In this document: positions 1 through 12,654 of the stretch, piece by piece
Numbering within the stretch: the stretch's first letter is position 1
Layout of the letters: each line of letters begins with the position of its first letter
Source of the DNA: the human T2T-CHM13v2.0 reference genome, Homo sapiens
Assembly: GCF_009914755.1 (NCBI RefSeq)
Contig: NC_060926.1
DNA length: 64,000 nt
Strand: one strand, 5' to 3'
Position numbers and translations under genes: made by a program
Notes under the pieces: model-generated
Database searches by the model: none
The model's input: the letters and a program-made list of their open reading frames with translations, nothing else
What the model was told of the DNA's origin: nothing

Positions 1-29
1 TGTTTTGGTGTTGGTAGTTTTGTCTAAAT

Positions 30-300
30 TTAATTCAATTCAACAAGTATTTACTAAGCCCTATGTGTTTTTTAGGATTTTGGACAGGTTCTGGGAGTAA
101 AAGAAAGAAAAAAATGTAGATACTAATGCCAAGAAGCCATAATCTGGGAGGGGAAGCACAGTGTAATAATTACAGCAGAATGTGGCAGATACAGGAGAAA
201 TCAAGTGAAAAGAGTGACTGTCTGAGGGGATTAGGAAAGGCTTTTCAGAAGAGTTGACACCTAAACAGTGTTCAATAATGAGTTGTTAACCAGGCTCCCA
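30..300 (-). mobile_element. L2 LINE 3' fragment (ancient)
   Basis: aattcaattcaacaagtatttactaagc..ctatgtg resembles the reverse-complemented L2 3' terminus. Downstream aggaaaggcttttcagaagagttgacac is also L2-like. Confidence 0.55.
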
Positions 301-650
301 AGGGGAGCAAGGCTGTTTACAAATCCTCAAGGCCTCTGTTTAGACTACTCCCCATACCCTAACTCTAACTAACCAATGCACAGATTTTATAAAATGCACT
401 CAGGGAATCCATATCTACATATCTACATACAATTATTTGTTTTGCTTTAAGTTTTAAAGGAATTGTATAATTTTTCTTTTGAGATATTAGTTATGGTCAG
501 CTGTGCTTTCTCAGAAATCATTATGGAAAATTGGCTAAGCAAGTATGAAACTAAGGACATACAGCATATGAATTGGTTATGAATATAATGAAATATTTAG
601 AAATTAAGACTTATAAACATATTAGATAATGAAATTGACATAATGTATAT

Positions 651-1009
651 TGTATTAGTCTGTTCTCATGCTGGTAATAAAGACATAACTGAGACTGGGT
701 AATTATAAAGGAAAGAGGTTTGACTGACTCACAGTTCCACATGACTGGGGAGACCTCACAATCATGGAAGGCAAGGAGGAGCAAGTCACATCTTACATGG
801 CGGCAGGCAAGAGAGCATATGCAGGGGATCTCCCCTTTATAAACCCATCGGATCTCGTGAGACTTATTCACTGTCATGAGAACAGCATGGGAAAGACCCA
901 CCCCCACGAACAAATTACGTCCCACCGGTTCCCTCCTACAACACGTGGGGATTAGATTATTATAATTCAAGGTGAGATTTGGGTGGAGGCAAAGAGCCCA
1001 GCCATGTTA
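651..1009 (-). mobile_element. THE1 (THE1C/D-like) MaLR solo LTR
   Basis: Starts tgtattagtctgttctcatgctg and ends gagcccagccatgtta (THE1 consensus ends ccaaaccatatca on this strand). 5-bp TSD tatat at 646-650 and 1010-1014. Confidence 0.92.
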
Positions 1010-1692
1010 TATATGTTGTAGACATAGTGTGTGTCAATTATAATCTTGCAATTTTTCATGTAAAATTTTGGATGGAGAACATGGTTCAGGACTCGATTAC
1101 TTACACAAGCCCTTAAGCTGCCCCTAGGCTTTGAGAGTTCCCATCCAGACTGTTGAATGGATGCTCTGGCTACACGGAGCATGGAGGAATGCACATGCAA
1201 CACAAGGAAAATGTACAGTGGCAAAGACGTCTGAAACTGCCTGATTTATTAGGAAACCCTGGGGATGTTGATACTACTGGAGAATAAATACAAAAGGTGT
1301 GGGCAGAAAATCACAGATCGTCTCTGTCATGACTTGGTGTAGGGTTAGTACTAGAGATTTACTTCTCTTGCTGTAAATCTGTGAGTGGTTCTTTCTGTAG
1401 GGTCTTTACTTCTTTATTTGTCTGAAGTTCCTCTCTTGTGCCTGTTCTTCATACATACTTCATGACCCATGCAAATTTGCAAACTTTACTTTGTGCTTGG
1501 ATTCTTAATATCTGCTCCAAGCCTAGAAGTGAACCTCTTTGTCATGGTGCTCCTGGTCCATTCCCTTGCTTGCCATTACCCAGCCTGGATATGACTGCCC
1601 ACTGACATCCTCTCCTAAAGCTATGCCATTCCATGTTTGCCCAAATCAGAAAAAAATTATGCTTAATGTCTTTACTTTTGGAAACCCCCCTT

Positions 1693-1967
1693 ATTTTTTG
1701 AGACACTGTCTTGCTCTGTTGTTCAGGTTGGAGTGCAGTGGCAAAATCATGGCTCACTGAAGCTTTGACCTCCAGGGCTCAAGCATCCTCCTACCTCAGC
1801 CTCCCAAGTAGCTGGGACTACAGGTACGTGCCGCCAAGCCCAGCTTTTTTTTTTTTTTTTTAGTCAATATGTTTCCCAGGCTGAGTTTGAACTTCTTCAC
1901 TCAAGCAGTCCACCTGCCTTGGGCTACCAAAGTGCTGAGATTACAGGCATGAACCACTGGACCCAGC
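1693..1967 (-). mobile_element. AluJ-type SINE
   Basis: Reverse-strand dimeric Alu (ttttgagacactgtcttgctctg...ccaaagtgctgagattacaggcatgaaccactggacccagc) with J-type gggctcaagcatcctcc. Confidence 0.93.
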
Positions 1968-2350
1968 AAAAACCCTATTATTTAAGCAGTAAAACTATAT
2001 TCTGACTTAGAAACACCAAAGAAACTCCCTCCATAAAAAAAAAAAAAATTATTCTCTAACTTTGACAATTTTCACTGACTTAAATAATCTTTTGGTTAGA
2101 AATTCTGCCAATGATATCAACATAAGACTACATTTTTTGTTTCTTAACTTTTTAGAACATATTTTGAACAAAATATTTTTTCTTTGAAGTGAGCTACATT
2201 AAAGTGTTATCATTTTGAAGAATATGGTTCTCTTTCACCATTCAAGTAGAGTAGTTGACAATATAGAACATACTAAGTGTTTTGAGTACATTTAAGTTAT
2301 GTGTAGTAAAATAACATCCATATATTTTGTTTACATAATGAAGTTGTCCA

Positions 2351-2717
2351 TGGCATTGCAATAAATGTTCATGCTCACCCGCCTTATTCATATGCTGAAA
2401 TCCTAACCCCCAGTGTGATGGTACTAGAAGGTGGGGCGTTCAGGAGACGGTTAGGTCATAAGGGTGGAACCCTAACAGATGGTATTAGGGCCCTTATAAA
2501 AGAGATCCCAGAGAACTTTCTTGACCCCTTTCTGCCATGTAAGGATACAAGGAGATGTCGGCCGCCTATGAACCAGGAAGTAGGCCCTCACCAGACACTG
2601 AATCCGCAGGTGCTTTGGTCTTAGACTTCCAGGTCTCTAGAATTGTGAGAAATATATGTGCATTGTTTAAGCCACCCAGACTGTGGCATTTTTTTTATAG
2701 CAGTCCAAACTAAGACT
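2351..2717 (+). mobile_element. MLT1A/MLT1A0 MaLR LTR
   Basis: attcatatgctgaaatcctaacccccagtgtgatggtactagaaggtgggg ... ggccctcaccagacactgaatc ... gtttaagccaccc ... tatagcagtccaaactaagac. Confidence 0.88.
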
Positions 2718-3824
2718 GGTATCAAATGTTTAAAATGGCAAGAATAATTTAAAAATATTTCACTCATGTATGAATGTGTTTTCTAATTGCATGACAGTAT
2801 GCTGCATTTTAAAAACAACCAGAACTTAACAATAAAAGAGAAGACAACAGTACTGTCGCACAAAAACAATTATTTTATCAATCTATTTATTATTAGAACA
2901 AAATACTATTTCAATCTTTTTTTGAAATCAGCTTGAAAACTGAGAGAAGATTTAGCAACATAGGACATGATGGCTAAATCTGTATATGATGATCACATGT
3001 AGTCAATATTTTGCTAAACCAAATGTTTAATTTTGGCAGGATTTTTGAGGTTTTTATTTTCAACACTTGTTTTTTTTTAAATAATGTACAGTTTATCATT
3101 AAACTATTGAGGTCTCTCTTTATAATTAGATTCCTAAGTAAACCATCACAAATGTTACTGAAAAAAATATTTTAGACAGGAGACTGATCAATGCATACTG
3201 TAGTATTTTCCAGCATACTACTTGAATAAGCTCAGATTAACTGGCTGTGAGTGGATTATTTACCATCTTCAAGAGCACTTTTGATTCACTCATTCTCCCA
3301 TTATTCTCTTTTTATAATCACATGCATCTTCTCCCTCTCTGGCCCCTCTGGCCTGTTCTCAGTGAGCACTGTCTTCAAAATGATCTGAGGAGTTGGTAAT
3401 GAAACCGTGGGGATTTGAGGAATAAGGAGCTCTTGCTGAATTCTGTCCAGTCATGGGCCTTGTAAATGTCAAAGGGACATGAGTCTAAGTCACTTCCTCT
3501 AACAATGATACGAAGCAATTTGAATTCATAAAAACAGGCGCTTTGTGGTTTTAGTAGCACATTTCAGGAACCATATTTGTTCTTGGGCATAAATGTAAAA
3601 TCCAAGAGATTAGTTTTACATGTGTAATGTTTTGCCAATATACTTGTACTTCTAATGCTTAATTAGGATTCAATATATTGACAACCTTAAATTTCCACAG
3701 CTTAAAGTGGCTTGCAGAATTTATTTAAATAAGTATGGTTTTAAGTTTCTTTTACATTTTTTAAAACAGCACTCTATTAAAGTGTTCATACTACTAATCA
3801 GTGGTTTCTTGGTTCTCGAAAAAA

Positions 3825-3857
3825 TGTATGTGTGTTTGTGTGTGTGTGTGTGTGTGT
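3825..3857. repeat. (TG)n microsatellite, interrupted
   Basis: Direct observation. Confidence 0.95.
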
Positions 3858-4959
3858 ATTTTGTGTTTAATTTACAGGGAGATTGGTTAGAAAATTAGTT
3901 AGAAGTGCAACTATGTGGTTTATTAATCAATAGCAATTTAGAAGAAGCAAGATTAATATAAGTAGTGTAATTAATATAATTTAGGTCTTGCACACATACG
4001 GAAGTCAATCACATATGTTTGGGTGTGTTTTCCTGTTGAATGAAAGGTGGACTTGACAAATGAACATCACAACCCACACATCAGGGAACTGTCAGGCCCC
4101 TTCCTTGGCACATAATATCTTTGGTTGTTTTCTGCCTTTATTTTTCCTAAATAAAAGAGATGTGTATTTTTATATATCATCTGTTTTAAAAAATTAGCAT
4201 CTTGGGATTTCAGATCATTCAGATTAAAGTACAGATAAACTTTAGATCTTTACTATCTGAGGATGAAAGGGAGGTCAGTGAGTTAGTGGTTGCTGAATAA
4301 TTGTCAAAATAAAATAATAACACGACAAAATGACAATATTACTGGATTTAAGCACAAAGGCCACTTTATATTTATCCCTTTAAGCCCTATTGACTTTCAA
4401 TTTTATGAAATTATACTAATTATATTTGGTTATCTATTTGCAAAACTCATTATTCTCAAAAACAAAAATCTGCCTACCCTTCTCCCATCAGACCTTCTGT
4501 TGATCCTGAAGCTGAGACTTCAGACTGGGCACAGTCTGACCCAAATCCACTTCCCATTGTTTTTGTTCCCGCTTCTTAAGTTCTGATCATCTATGAATTT
4601 GTCTTCTCCAGTACGTCTCTCTTCTTTTCTACCCTTCTGATGCGGCATAGACAAATTTCTCCATATGGGAAGCTGTGACTCTACTTCCCACATGTGTACT
4701 CTTCACGTCATCAAGGTCCAGCTCCCATGCTCCCTCCAGCACGGAATATCCGCTGTCACTTGCAAACAGAATATCTTCCTCCCACCCTTTCCTGCCTGTC
4801 TTTCAGGGACACTCAAATGCCTTAGAGTGTGTGTTACTTCCCAATATGCTTATTCATGCACATGCATGTTATTGTCCACTAGACCAGGTGCTTCTCTGGG
4901 GCAGTATTGATACATCTTTCCTTGCATGCACCTTGCCTGTAGTGGCTAGTCAGACACCA

Positions 4960-5060
4960 CAGAATCTGTTTTTTCACTTTTGTTTACTATCTGATGCTCT
5001 GTGCTTAAAGCAGGACCTGGCCCAAAGTATGCACTCAACAACGATTTCTTGAATGAATGA
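4960..5060 (+). mobile_element. L2 3' end
   Basis: gtgcttaaagcaggacctggcccaaagtatgcactcaacaacgatttcttgaatgaatga matches the L2 terminus with a (tgaa)n tail. Confidence 0.7.
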
Positions 5061-6039
5061 AAAAGTTAGTGGATGCTGTGAATAGTTTGAATTTCCATGT
5101 CTGGTTTAGGTCTTTCTATTCCTGCCCACAGAAGAGTGGCCCATGTATAATGAAGGTGTCCAGTGTTGGAGGGTGGGGGAGTAGAAGCTGGCTTTCTCTA
5201 GGCTCTGCCACGACAGCTGGGACAAACCTGGGGGCCCACCATCAAGTGTTTCAGGTTGTATGTGGTCCCATTATCTGTAACTTCTGAATTTATGAGTTAG
5301 CACCTGTGTAGTAGGCCTTTATGCAGAATTTCCAAGTTGAAATTGAATGCACTGGTCACAAATATCTGTGCCTGGAATAGTCCTTGACACAGTCAAAAGT
5401 GGATATTTGTTTTCAGGGATTCCCCATATCTGGTAACACCAGCTTTGTTTTTAGTTTTGTTTTTCTCACTCCACTGTCCCCATCCCATGCCTTTTGCTTT
5501 TATCCTTCACTTTGAGTCCATTCTCCTGTGATCAGACCCATATCTCAGAAGGTTTAGTTCTCTCCTCTAGGTCTCTAAAACACAACTGTACTCTTACCTA
5601 ATTTTCAAGGATCTGTCTGCATTTCAATCACTTATTGGTTGTCCATGTTCGAAAATTCACTGAAGTATTTCATGTACTAGACTCCAAGACAGCTCTCTAC
5701 ATTGACTCTAGCACTGTCCATTTTGACATAGCCTAGTGGATAAATCATAGACAAAGGGGCTTATCTACTAATAGAAATTGTAAATACTAGGGAAGTCCAG
5801 GAGAAAATAACAAGAAAGGCGAGGCAGGCCTATGAATACTGCTTAAATCATCCCACTGTGATGCACAGCTTCTCCTGAGCATTCCCCCAAATGGCTCTTG
5901 GATGGCCAATCAGTGCCTGCCAAAATTATCCTGCATTATGTATGAGATGACGGAAGTTGCATGGATGCTGATGTCAGTGGAGAACCACAGCATGGGATAA
6001 AGGGGGAAGAAAGGGCAGCTTGCTGTTTGTAGGTAAGTA

Positions 6040-8419
6040 CAGGCACAACTCATTTTACTGTGCTTTGCACATAGTGTGTGTTTTTTTTTTAAATGAAAGT
6101 TTTGTCACAACCCTGCGTCAGATAAGTCTATCAGCTTCACACTTCTAACAGCATGTGTTCACACTGTGTCTGTGTGTCACATTTTGGTAATTCCAGAAAT
6201 ATTCCAAACATTTTCATTATTATTATGTCATTATAATGATCTGTGATCAGAATCAGTGACCTTTGACGTTACTATTGCAATTGTTTTTGGGCACCACAAA
6301 ATCTGCCTGTATAAAATGGTTAACTTAATCAGTCAATGCTGTGTCAGTTCTGACTGCTTCGCCAACTTGTCATTCCCCCATTTCTCTTCCTCTTCTTGGG
6401 CCTCCCTATTCCCTGAGACACTGCAATATTTAAATTAGGCCAATTAATAACCCTATCACTGTTCAAGTGAGACAAAGAGTTACATGTCTCTCACTTTAAA
6501 TCAAAAGCTGAAAATGATCAAGCTTAGTTAGGAGAGCACGTTGAAAACCAAGGCAGACCAAGTGCTAGGCCTCTTGCACCAGGTTAGCCAACTTGGGAAT
6601 GTACACACAAAGTTGTTGAAGGAAAGTCAATGTGCTACTCCAGTGAACACATGAATAATAAGAAAGGAAACAGCCTTGCTGCTGATATGGAAAGTGTTTG
6701 AGTGATCTGGACAGAAGACCAAAGCAGCCACGCCATTCTCTAAGCCAAAGCCTAATCCAGAGCAAGGCCCTGATTTTGCTTAACTCTGTGAAGTCTTAGA
6801 GAGGTGAGGAAGCGGCAGAAGAAATGTTTGAAGCTTGCAGAGGCTGGTTCATGAGGTTTAAGGGAAAAAGCCATTTTCATAACATAAAAATAGAAGATGA
6901 AGTAGCAAGTGCTGATGAAGAAGCTGTAGCAAATTATCCAAAGGATCGAGCTAAGATCCTTGATGAAGGGCACTATCTTAAACAACAGATTTTCAGTGTA
7001 GACAAAACAGCCTTCTATTGGAAGAAGATGCCATCTAGGACTTTCATAGCTAAGAGGAGGAGTCAATACCTAGCTTCAAAGGACAGGCTGCCTTTCTTGT
7101 TAGTGGTTAATGCTTCTAGTGACTTTAAGTTGAAGCCAATACTCATTTACCATTCTGAAAATTCTAAGGCCCTTAAGAATTATGCTAGATCTAGTCCGCC
7201 TGTGCTCTGTAAATGGAAACGTAAAGCCTGGATGACAACACATCTATTTACAGCATGGTTTATTGAATATTTTAAGCCCACTGTTGATACCTAATGCTCA
7301 AACATTTCTTTCAAATATTACTGGTTATTGACAATGCACCTGGTTACCCAAGAGCTCTGATGAAGATGTACAAGGAGATTAATACTGTTTTCATACTTGC
7401 TAACAAAACACCCATTCTGCAGTCTATGTATCATAATTAATTTTTGCTTTCAAGTCTTATTCCTTAAGAGATACATTTCATAAGACCATCACTGCCACTG
7501 ATAGTGATTTATCTGATGGATGTAGGCAAAGTAAATTGAAACCCTTCTGGAAGGGATTCACTAGACTCCATGCCACTAAGAACATTTGTGATTCATGGGA
7601 AGATGTCAACACATCAACACTAACAGGAGTTTGGAAGAACATGATTTCATCCCTCATGGATGACTTTGAGGGGTTCAAGACTTCCGTAGAGAAAGTAGCT
7701 GAAGATATGATGGAAATAGCAAGAGAAATAGAATTGGAAGTGAAGCCTGAAAATGGGAATGAATTGCTGTGATCTTAGAACAAAACTTGGGATGAGAAGT
7801 TGCTTCTTATGCATGAGCAAAGAAAGTGGCTTATTTGGAAGAAAACTACTCCTGGTGAAGATGCTGTGAATATTGTTGAAATAACAGCAAATGATTGAGA
7901 ATATTACCAAACTTAATTGATAAAGCAGTAGCAGCATTTGAGAGGATTGTCTCCAATTTTGAGAGACATTCTACTGTTGGTTATGTGTCTATCAAACAGC
8001 ATTGTATGCTACAGAGAAATCTTTTGAAAAAAATAAGTCAGTCAATGCAGCAAACTTCACTGTTGTCTTACTTTTAGATATTGCCACAGCTACTTCAACT
8101 GTCAGCAACCACCACTATGATCATCAGTCAGCTGCCACCACTACCACTAAAGCAAGACTCTGCACCAGCAAAATGATTACAACTTGCTGAAGGCTGAGAT
8201 GATCGTCAGTATTTTTTAACAATGAAGTATTTTTAGAAGTAAAACATGCACCTTCCATTATACATAATGCTACTGCACACTTAGACAAAGTATTGTGTAA
8301 ACGTAAGTTTGTATGCTCTGAGAAACAAACAAACAAAAATGTGTCACTGCCTTTATTGTACTATTTATTTTTGTGTGGAGATCTAAAACAGAACCTGCAG
8401 CATCTCTGAGGCCTGACTA
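6040..8419 (+). mobile_element. Tigger1 DNA transposon (TcMar-Tigger), near full length
   Basis: 5' end TA|caggcacaactcattttactgtgctttgc and 3' end gcagcatctctgaggcctgacta|TA (degenerate TIR). About 2.38 kb, with an internal transposase relic. Confidence 0.95.
6460..7960 (+). pseudogene. Tigger1 pogo/CENP-B-like DDE transposase, frameshifted relic
   Basis: ORF 6824-7294 (FEACRGWFMRFK...QQIFSVDKTAFYWKKMPSRTFI...KAWMT), [11 protein letters not shown] near 7318-7350, and ORF 7536-7772 (KNICDSWEDV..GVWKNMI). Multiple stops and frameshifts. Confidence 0.9.
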
Positions 8420-9745
8420 TAAATGGGCAATCTAGAGACGAGTGTGTTTTAAGATCCTTTCTTTTCCTTCCTAGTTGTATTTAATGGTGCATCTATATGT
8501 GAGAATATTTCTGTAATATTCATGTTATTTTGAAACAAATTCCTGGTGTTTTACCTGAGTCTTTTGGAGAGTAAAATATGCCCATAAATTTAAGATGACT
8601 CAAGATTCCTACCTGGGGCAAATTGCAACTTCTCTTTAAGGTTTAATCTTCATATCTGGAAAAAAAGGTAGTTCAAATTGAATAGTTTAATATTACAATT
8701 CTTTACAATTCTAAATACTCTTCAGGGTAAATTTTCATGATCTGGTTTTATAGTCCTTGGTTTTTAGGCACTGCATTAAGCATTGGCGTAGGTGAGGATT
8801 GAATAAATGTAAAAAACATACTGTAAGGATTATTAAAATTACTTATGTGAACATGTTTATCTAGTGAGCTATAAAGTGAGAAACTGAGGGATTTGCATTG
8901 ATACATTATATAGTTATTTGCCTCTCTTTCCCTTAATTTCTGAGATATTTACAGTTTAATCTGTGACCTGTGACCCAAATCTTTGGTCCTGGTGTGGAAA
9001 CTAGTAGTATTCACTTGGTGTATCAAACTTATCCTAACTTTTTTTTGCAGCTCAACTGCTTCTTTATTTTATTTGATTTATTTTAGCAAGCTCTCCACTC
9101 TGTAAAATTCATTTGTAAAAACGAATGAATCACGCCACTGTAAATACATCATTGATGACTAAATATGGCCAATCTTATATAGACAATGCAGTTATGTATT
9201 TAAAAGTGAAAATGGACGATGCTTCCTAATTCAGTAAGTGCTTTCCACATAGAGTGTTGTTTAAAAAAAAAAATCTGCACACTCAAAACTATATTATCTT
9301 CTGCTTGTTTAACCAAAAGTATATATCAACCCTGAGTCTGCCAGCAGTATCTTTAACATGGGTCAACTGGTCCCTGGTTGAATCTTTCCATTTTGTAGGG
9401 CAGGAATCAGAAGCTTCCGATGGGAAGACAGCCGTTCGCCAACTGGCAGAGGCCGACATCGCTGGCGTCCTGATTCATTTCATGTTGGAGCACAGACTCT
9501 TGCTCCCTGCGAAGTCAGGGAGTGCTTCTGTTACATGCATGTGTGTGACACTGCTCTGTTCCCTCCATCTATCTCCACATGTGTGCAAGTTTGCTGGACT
9601 TCATGTTGAAAGTCATGTCGAGGTGGAGTTGCCAACCCTGCTTTTTTTTTTTCTTTTTTTCTGCAGATGCATTCCCCAATTCAATCCCGGCTGCCACAAA
9701 GACAGAGAGGAAGTGCAGGGATTTCCCTCTTTTGCATCCCCAGAG

Positions 9746-9787
9746 CAAACAAAAACAAACAAACAAACAAACAAACAAAAAAAAACA
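9746..9787. repeat. (CAAA)n/A-rich simple repeat
   Basis: Direct observation. Confidence 0.9.
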
Positions 9788-11479
9788 GCAAACTGTCCAA
9801 GGTCTATCAGTGGATGCAGGCCAATCCCAGTTTTTAAAGGGTACCTTTAAACACAGAGAGTCTAAGTGACAAAAGAAAAGATTGCCCGTATGGGGGCCTC
9901 TAGACTTTCTAAAGAAATGGAAGTAGGAGAGGCTCTTGGATTACCACTAATATTAACATTAATGCATTAAGGAGCCAGAAAATTGCCCTTGAGGGGGATG
10001 TAGGCAAATTCTTAGAAAGTACTTTTACACTAGTGATAATTGTCAGAACATTACTTACAATAAAAGCCAGAGTTTCTTCTCTTTCACAAGATAATTCTGA
10101 AATGCCACAATGAAATACTTATAGAAAAGCGTTACAGAGTAGAAAAAAAAATCCATATTATTGAAGTCTTTATAACCTTACTTATTTCAAAAGAGAAAAC
10201 AAAGAGAGGGAATCTGTTTTTTTTTTACACTATGCAAATCAGTGTCGTAAGGGTTAGATACAAATAGAATTTTCAATGCAAACCCAGAGCCCCCGGATAC
10301 AGCATTCTTTATCTCACGTTGACATTCGATTAAATTAGACTGATGCATTTACAGAGTAAATGATCTCCTTGAAGGATGTTCAGCATGCTAACAGTTTGCA
10401 CTTGAAGTACTAATTGTAACAAACTAACTCATAGTGGCACAGCTATTTGCAAATCTGACCCACAATGGTTTCAAATTCTGACTTTAGAGGGATGATTACT
10501 GAAGACTGGTTCTGAGACAATGTACCTGAAGCTCTCTAATTGACATTTCTGGGCATCAGAAAGAAAAATCTGAAGAGATATGCACAAGTTAGTGTGCTTA
10601 AACAGTGTGATAAATTGTGTGATTTAGTTCTGCACGTGGAGGAGAATATTCACCTGTGAGTAAGCAGGTAGGCACTGTTCACATTGCAACGGTGTGTGTT
10701 GGGCAAGAGGAATAATAAAAACCACAAGATAAGCCCTGCTTTAAAGACACTGATTCACCTGCTGGAGCTGGAAGTTTCAGGTAGAATTAAGTTCCTTCGT
10801 CTAGAACAGAATTCAAAACACAGAAAGAAGAGAATAAGAGGGGCTCTTATTAAGAACAAGAGCAACATGTACAGGGCTTAATTAAAGCTACTCAAGGAAG
10901 CAGAGAACTAATACAGGCCCTGTCTGATTTTTCAACATCTTTAACCTACCAAATGTCTCTAACATATTATTAAATTACATAATCAGCACACATTCTTTTT
11001 GTAAGATCAAGAGCTCATTGCCTTACAAAAGGAACTTGTACTGATTATGCTATATATGCAGGCGTGCATGTATATGTGTGTCTTTAAGTGAAGGAAGAGC
11101 ACAACTTTGTCCTTGAAATTGTTCAAACTGTAAGCCAGAGCCCATTCTCTAATTCAACTTTGTATTCTATTATTTCTATTTATATACCGATTCAAGCATT
11201 CGGTATTTTCAAATTCCTGGTTTTAGCAGTGTTTTGCTTGTCACTGAGGATTGACATTTAAATACACGACAGCCCGTTTCTCATGGATCTGTGAGTAGGA
11301 CAAGGAGAGATCTATAGAGATGGTCAAAACAAGTTGTCACATGAACACAACAGAGATGCTTTGAGTCTTTTGTGAATCTAGAAGAGGAATGTTATCATGA
11401 ACGACTTGGAAGCGATAATATTTGTTTGGATTTTTGAAAGAAGCAGCAGAATGAAATGAAAATAGCCAGGATTTTACAG

Positions 11480-11665
11480 TCAAAAACTTGTTTCAATCCA
11501 CGTATGAGTCATGACATAGAGGAGGAACACCTGTCTGGGCCTCCTTTTCCTATCTGTCAAAAGCAGACAATGGTACACATATTCCAGAGTGGGGATGTGC
11601 ATTAAGTGGATTGAAGGTTTGACAGCACATTGAGCACATGGTGAGTGTTCAAGCATGTGTAGCAG
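11480..11665 (+). mobile_element. MIR SINE (diverged)
   Basis: ctgggcctccttttcctatctgtcaaaa resembles the MIR core, and gcacatggtgagtgttcaagcatgtgtagc resembles the MIR 3' end. Confidence 0.65.
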
Positions 11666-11858
11666 AGTTAATAGTAACAGATAGGAACCTGTTAACCTCT
11701 ACTTACGAACGCGATAGTGGGAGCCATTCTCTCTCCTCTTCCCACAGTTTGTCTGTTACCTGTTTAAAATGTACTTTCCTTCCCACATGAAAACTAGTGT
11801 TATTAACTCTGATACACATGCTTGAGCACTCACCCATGTGCTCAATGTGCTGTCAAAC
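11617..11858. repeat. Inverted repeat, 57/58-bp arms with 127-bp spacer
   Basis: 11617-11673 versus the reverse complement of 11801-11858: 2 substitutions and one 1-bp indel. Confidence 0.97.
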
Positions 11859-12448
11859 TGATGCAGTTCCATCTGACCACGGATTCAAGGTTGTTACTGA
11901 TTTTACCAGGAAGGATCTGTAAGAAGTTTCATAAGGCTTAATATTTACTCTTGCTCTTTTCGTGTCTAAACCACTTGCTTATGAAGGACTTGTAATAACT
12001 AAATTCAGTTTTATTTTGGTCTCCTAGGTCAGCTCTTGTTTGTGGCAATAAATATATCACTACGCTATTAATGTTGCTATTAATAAAGTAATATTAATTC
12101 TGGAAAAATATATTTCCAAGTCACAAAAGTCAAATAATTCATCCCCAGAGCTCCTGGCAGAGACAGAACTCAAGCCCAGCTTGCCTCATGCTAAATCCCC
12201 CTCCTTTCACCTTTGTCAAGGCTGCCTCCATGTAGGTTTTATATAGCATATGTTCTAAACAAGAATCTGTATTTCCTTTTTGTGACATTGTATAAAATTA
12301 TGTCTTATTCTGGGTCTTAAATTTTACTTCTTGATATGACATAACTTATAAAATATATCACATGACTCGAAAACTCAGGAGATTGGATTTGAATTCAGGG
12401 TTTGAGTGAAAGGGAGGAATAGCAGATAAATGGTTAAGGGTAGAAATG

Positions 12449-12588
12449 CATCCTCGCATTCTAAGTCATGGTGATGCACTCTTCCATTCTAAAGTATAGC
12501 AACACACCCTTTCATTCTAAAACCTGGAGACATGCTCTTCCATTCTAAATCATGAAAATGCACCTTTCCAATCTAAAGCACGACAGTA
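12449..12588. repeat. Degenerate minisatellite, 28-bp period x5
   Basis: ca(t/a)tctaa core at 12457, 12485, 12513, 12541 and 12569. Confidence 0.9.
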
Positions 12589-12654
12589 TGTTGCCCTCGA
12601 CTTCCAGCTTCCAAACATATCTTTGTACATGATTTAATTTTCTCTAATGTATTA

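Noticed and set aside
9254-9850. 198-aa ORF as a protein-coding gene
   Set aside because: Non-ATG start, reads through poly-T and (CAAA)n, and has no recognisable domain.
12449-12588. CRISPR array
   Set aside because: Eukaryotic context, 11-bp linkers related to each other, degenerate non-palindromic repeats, and no cas genes.
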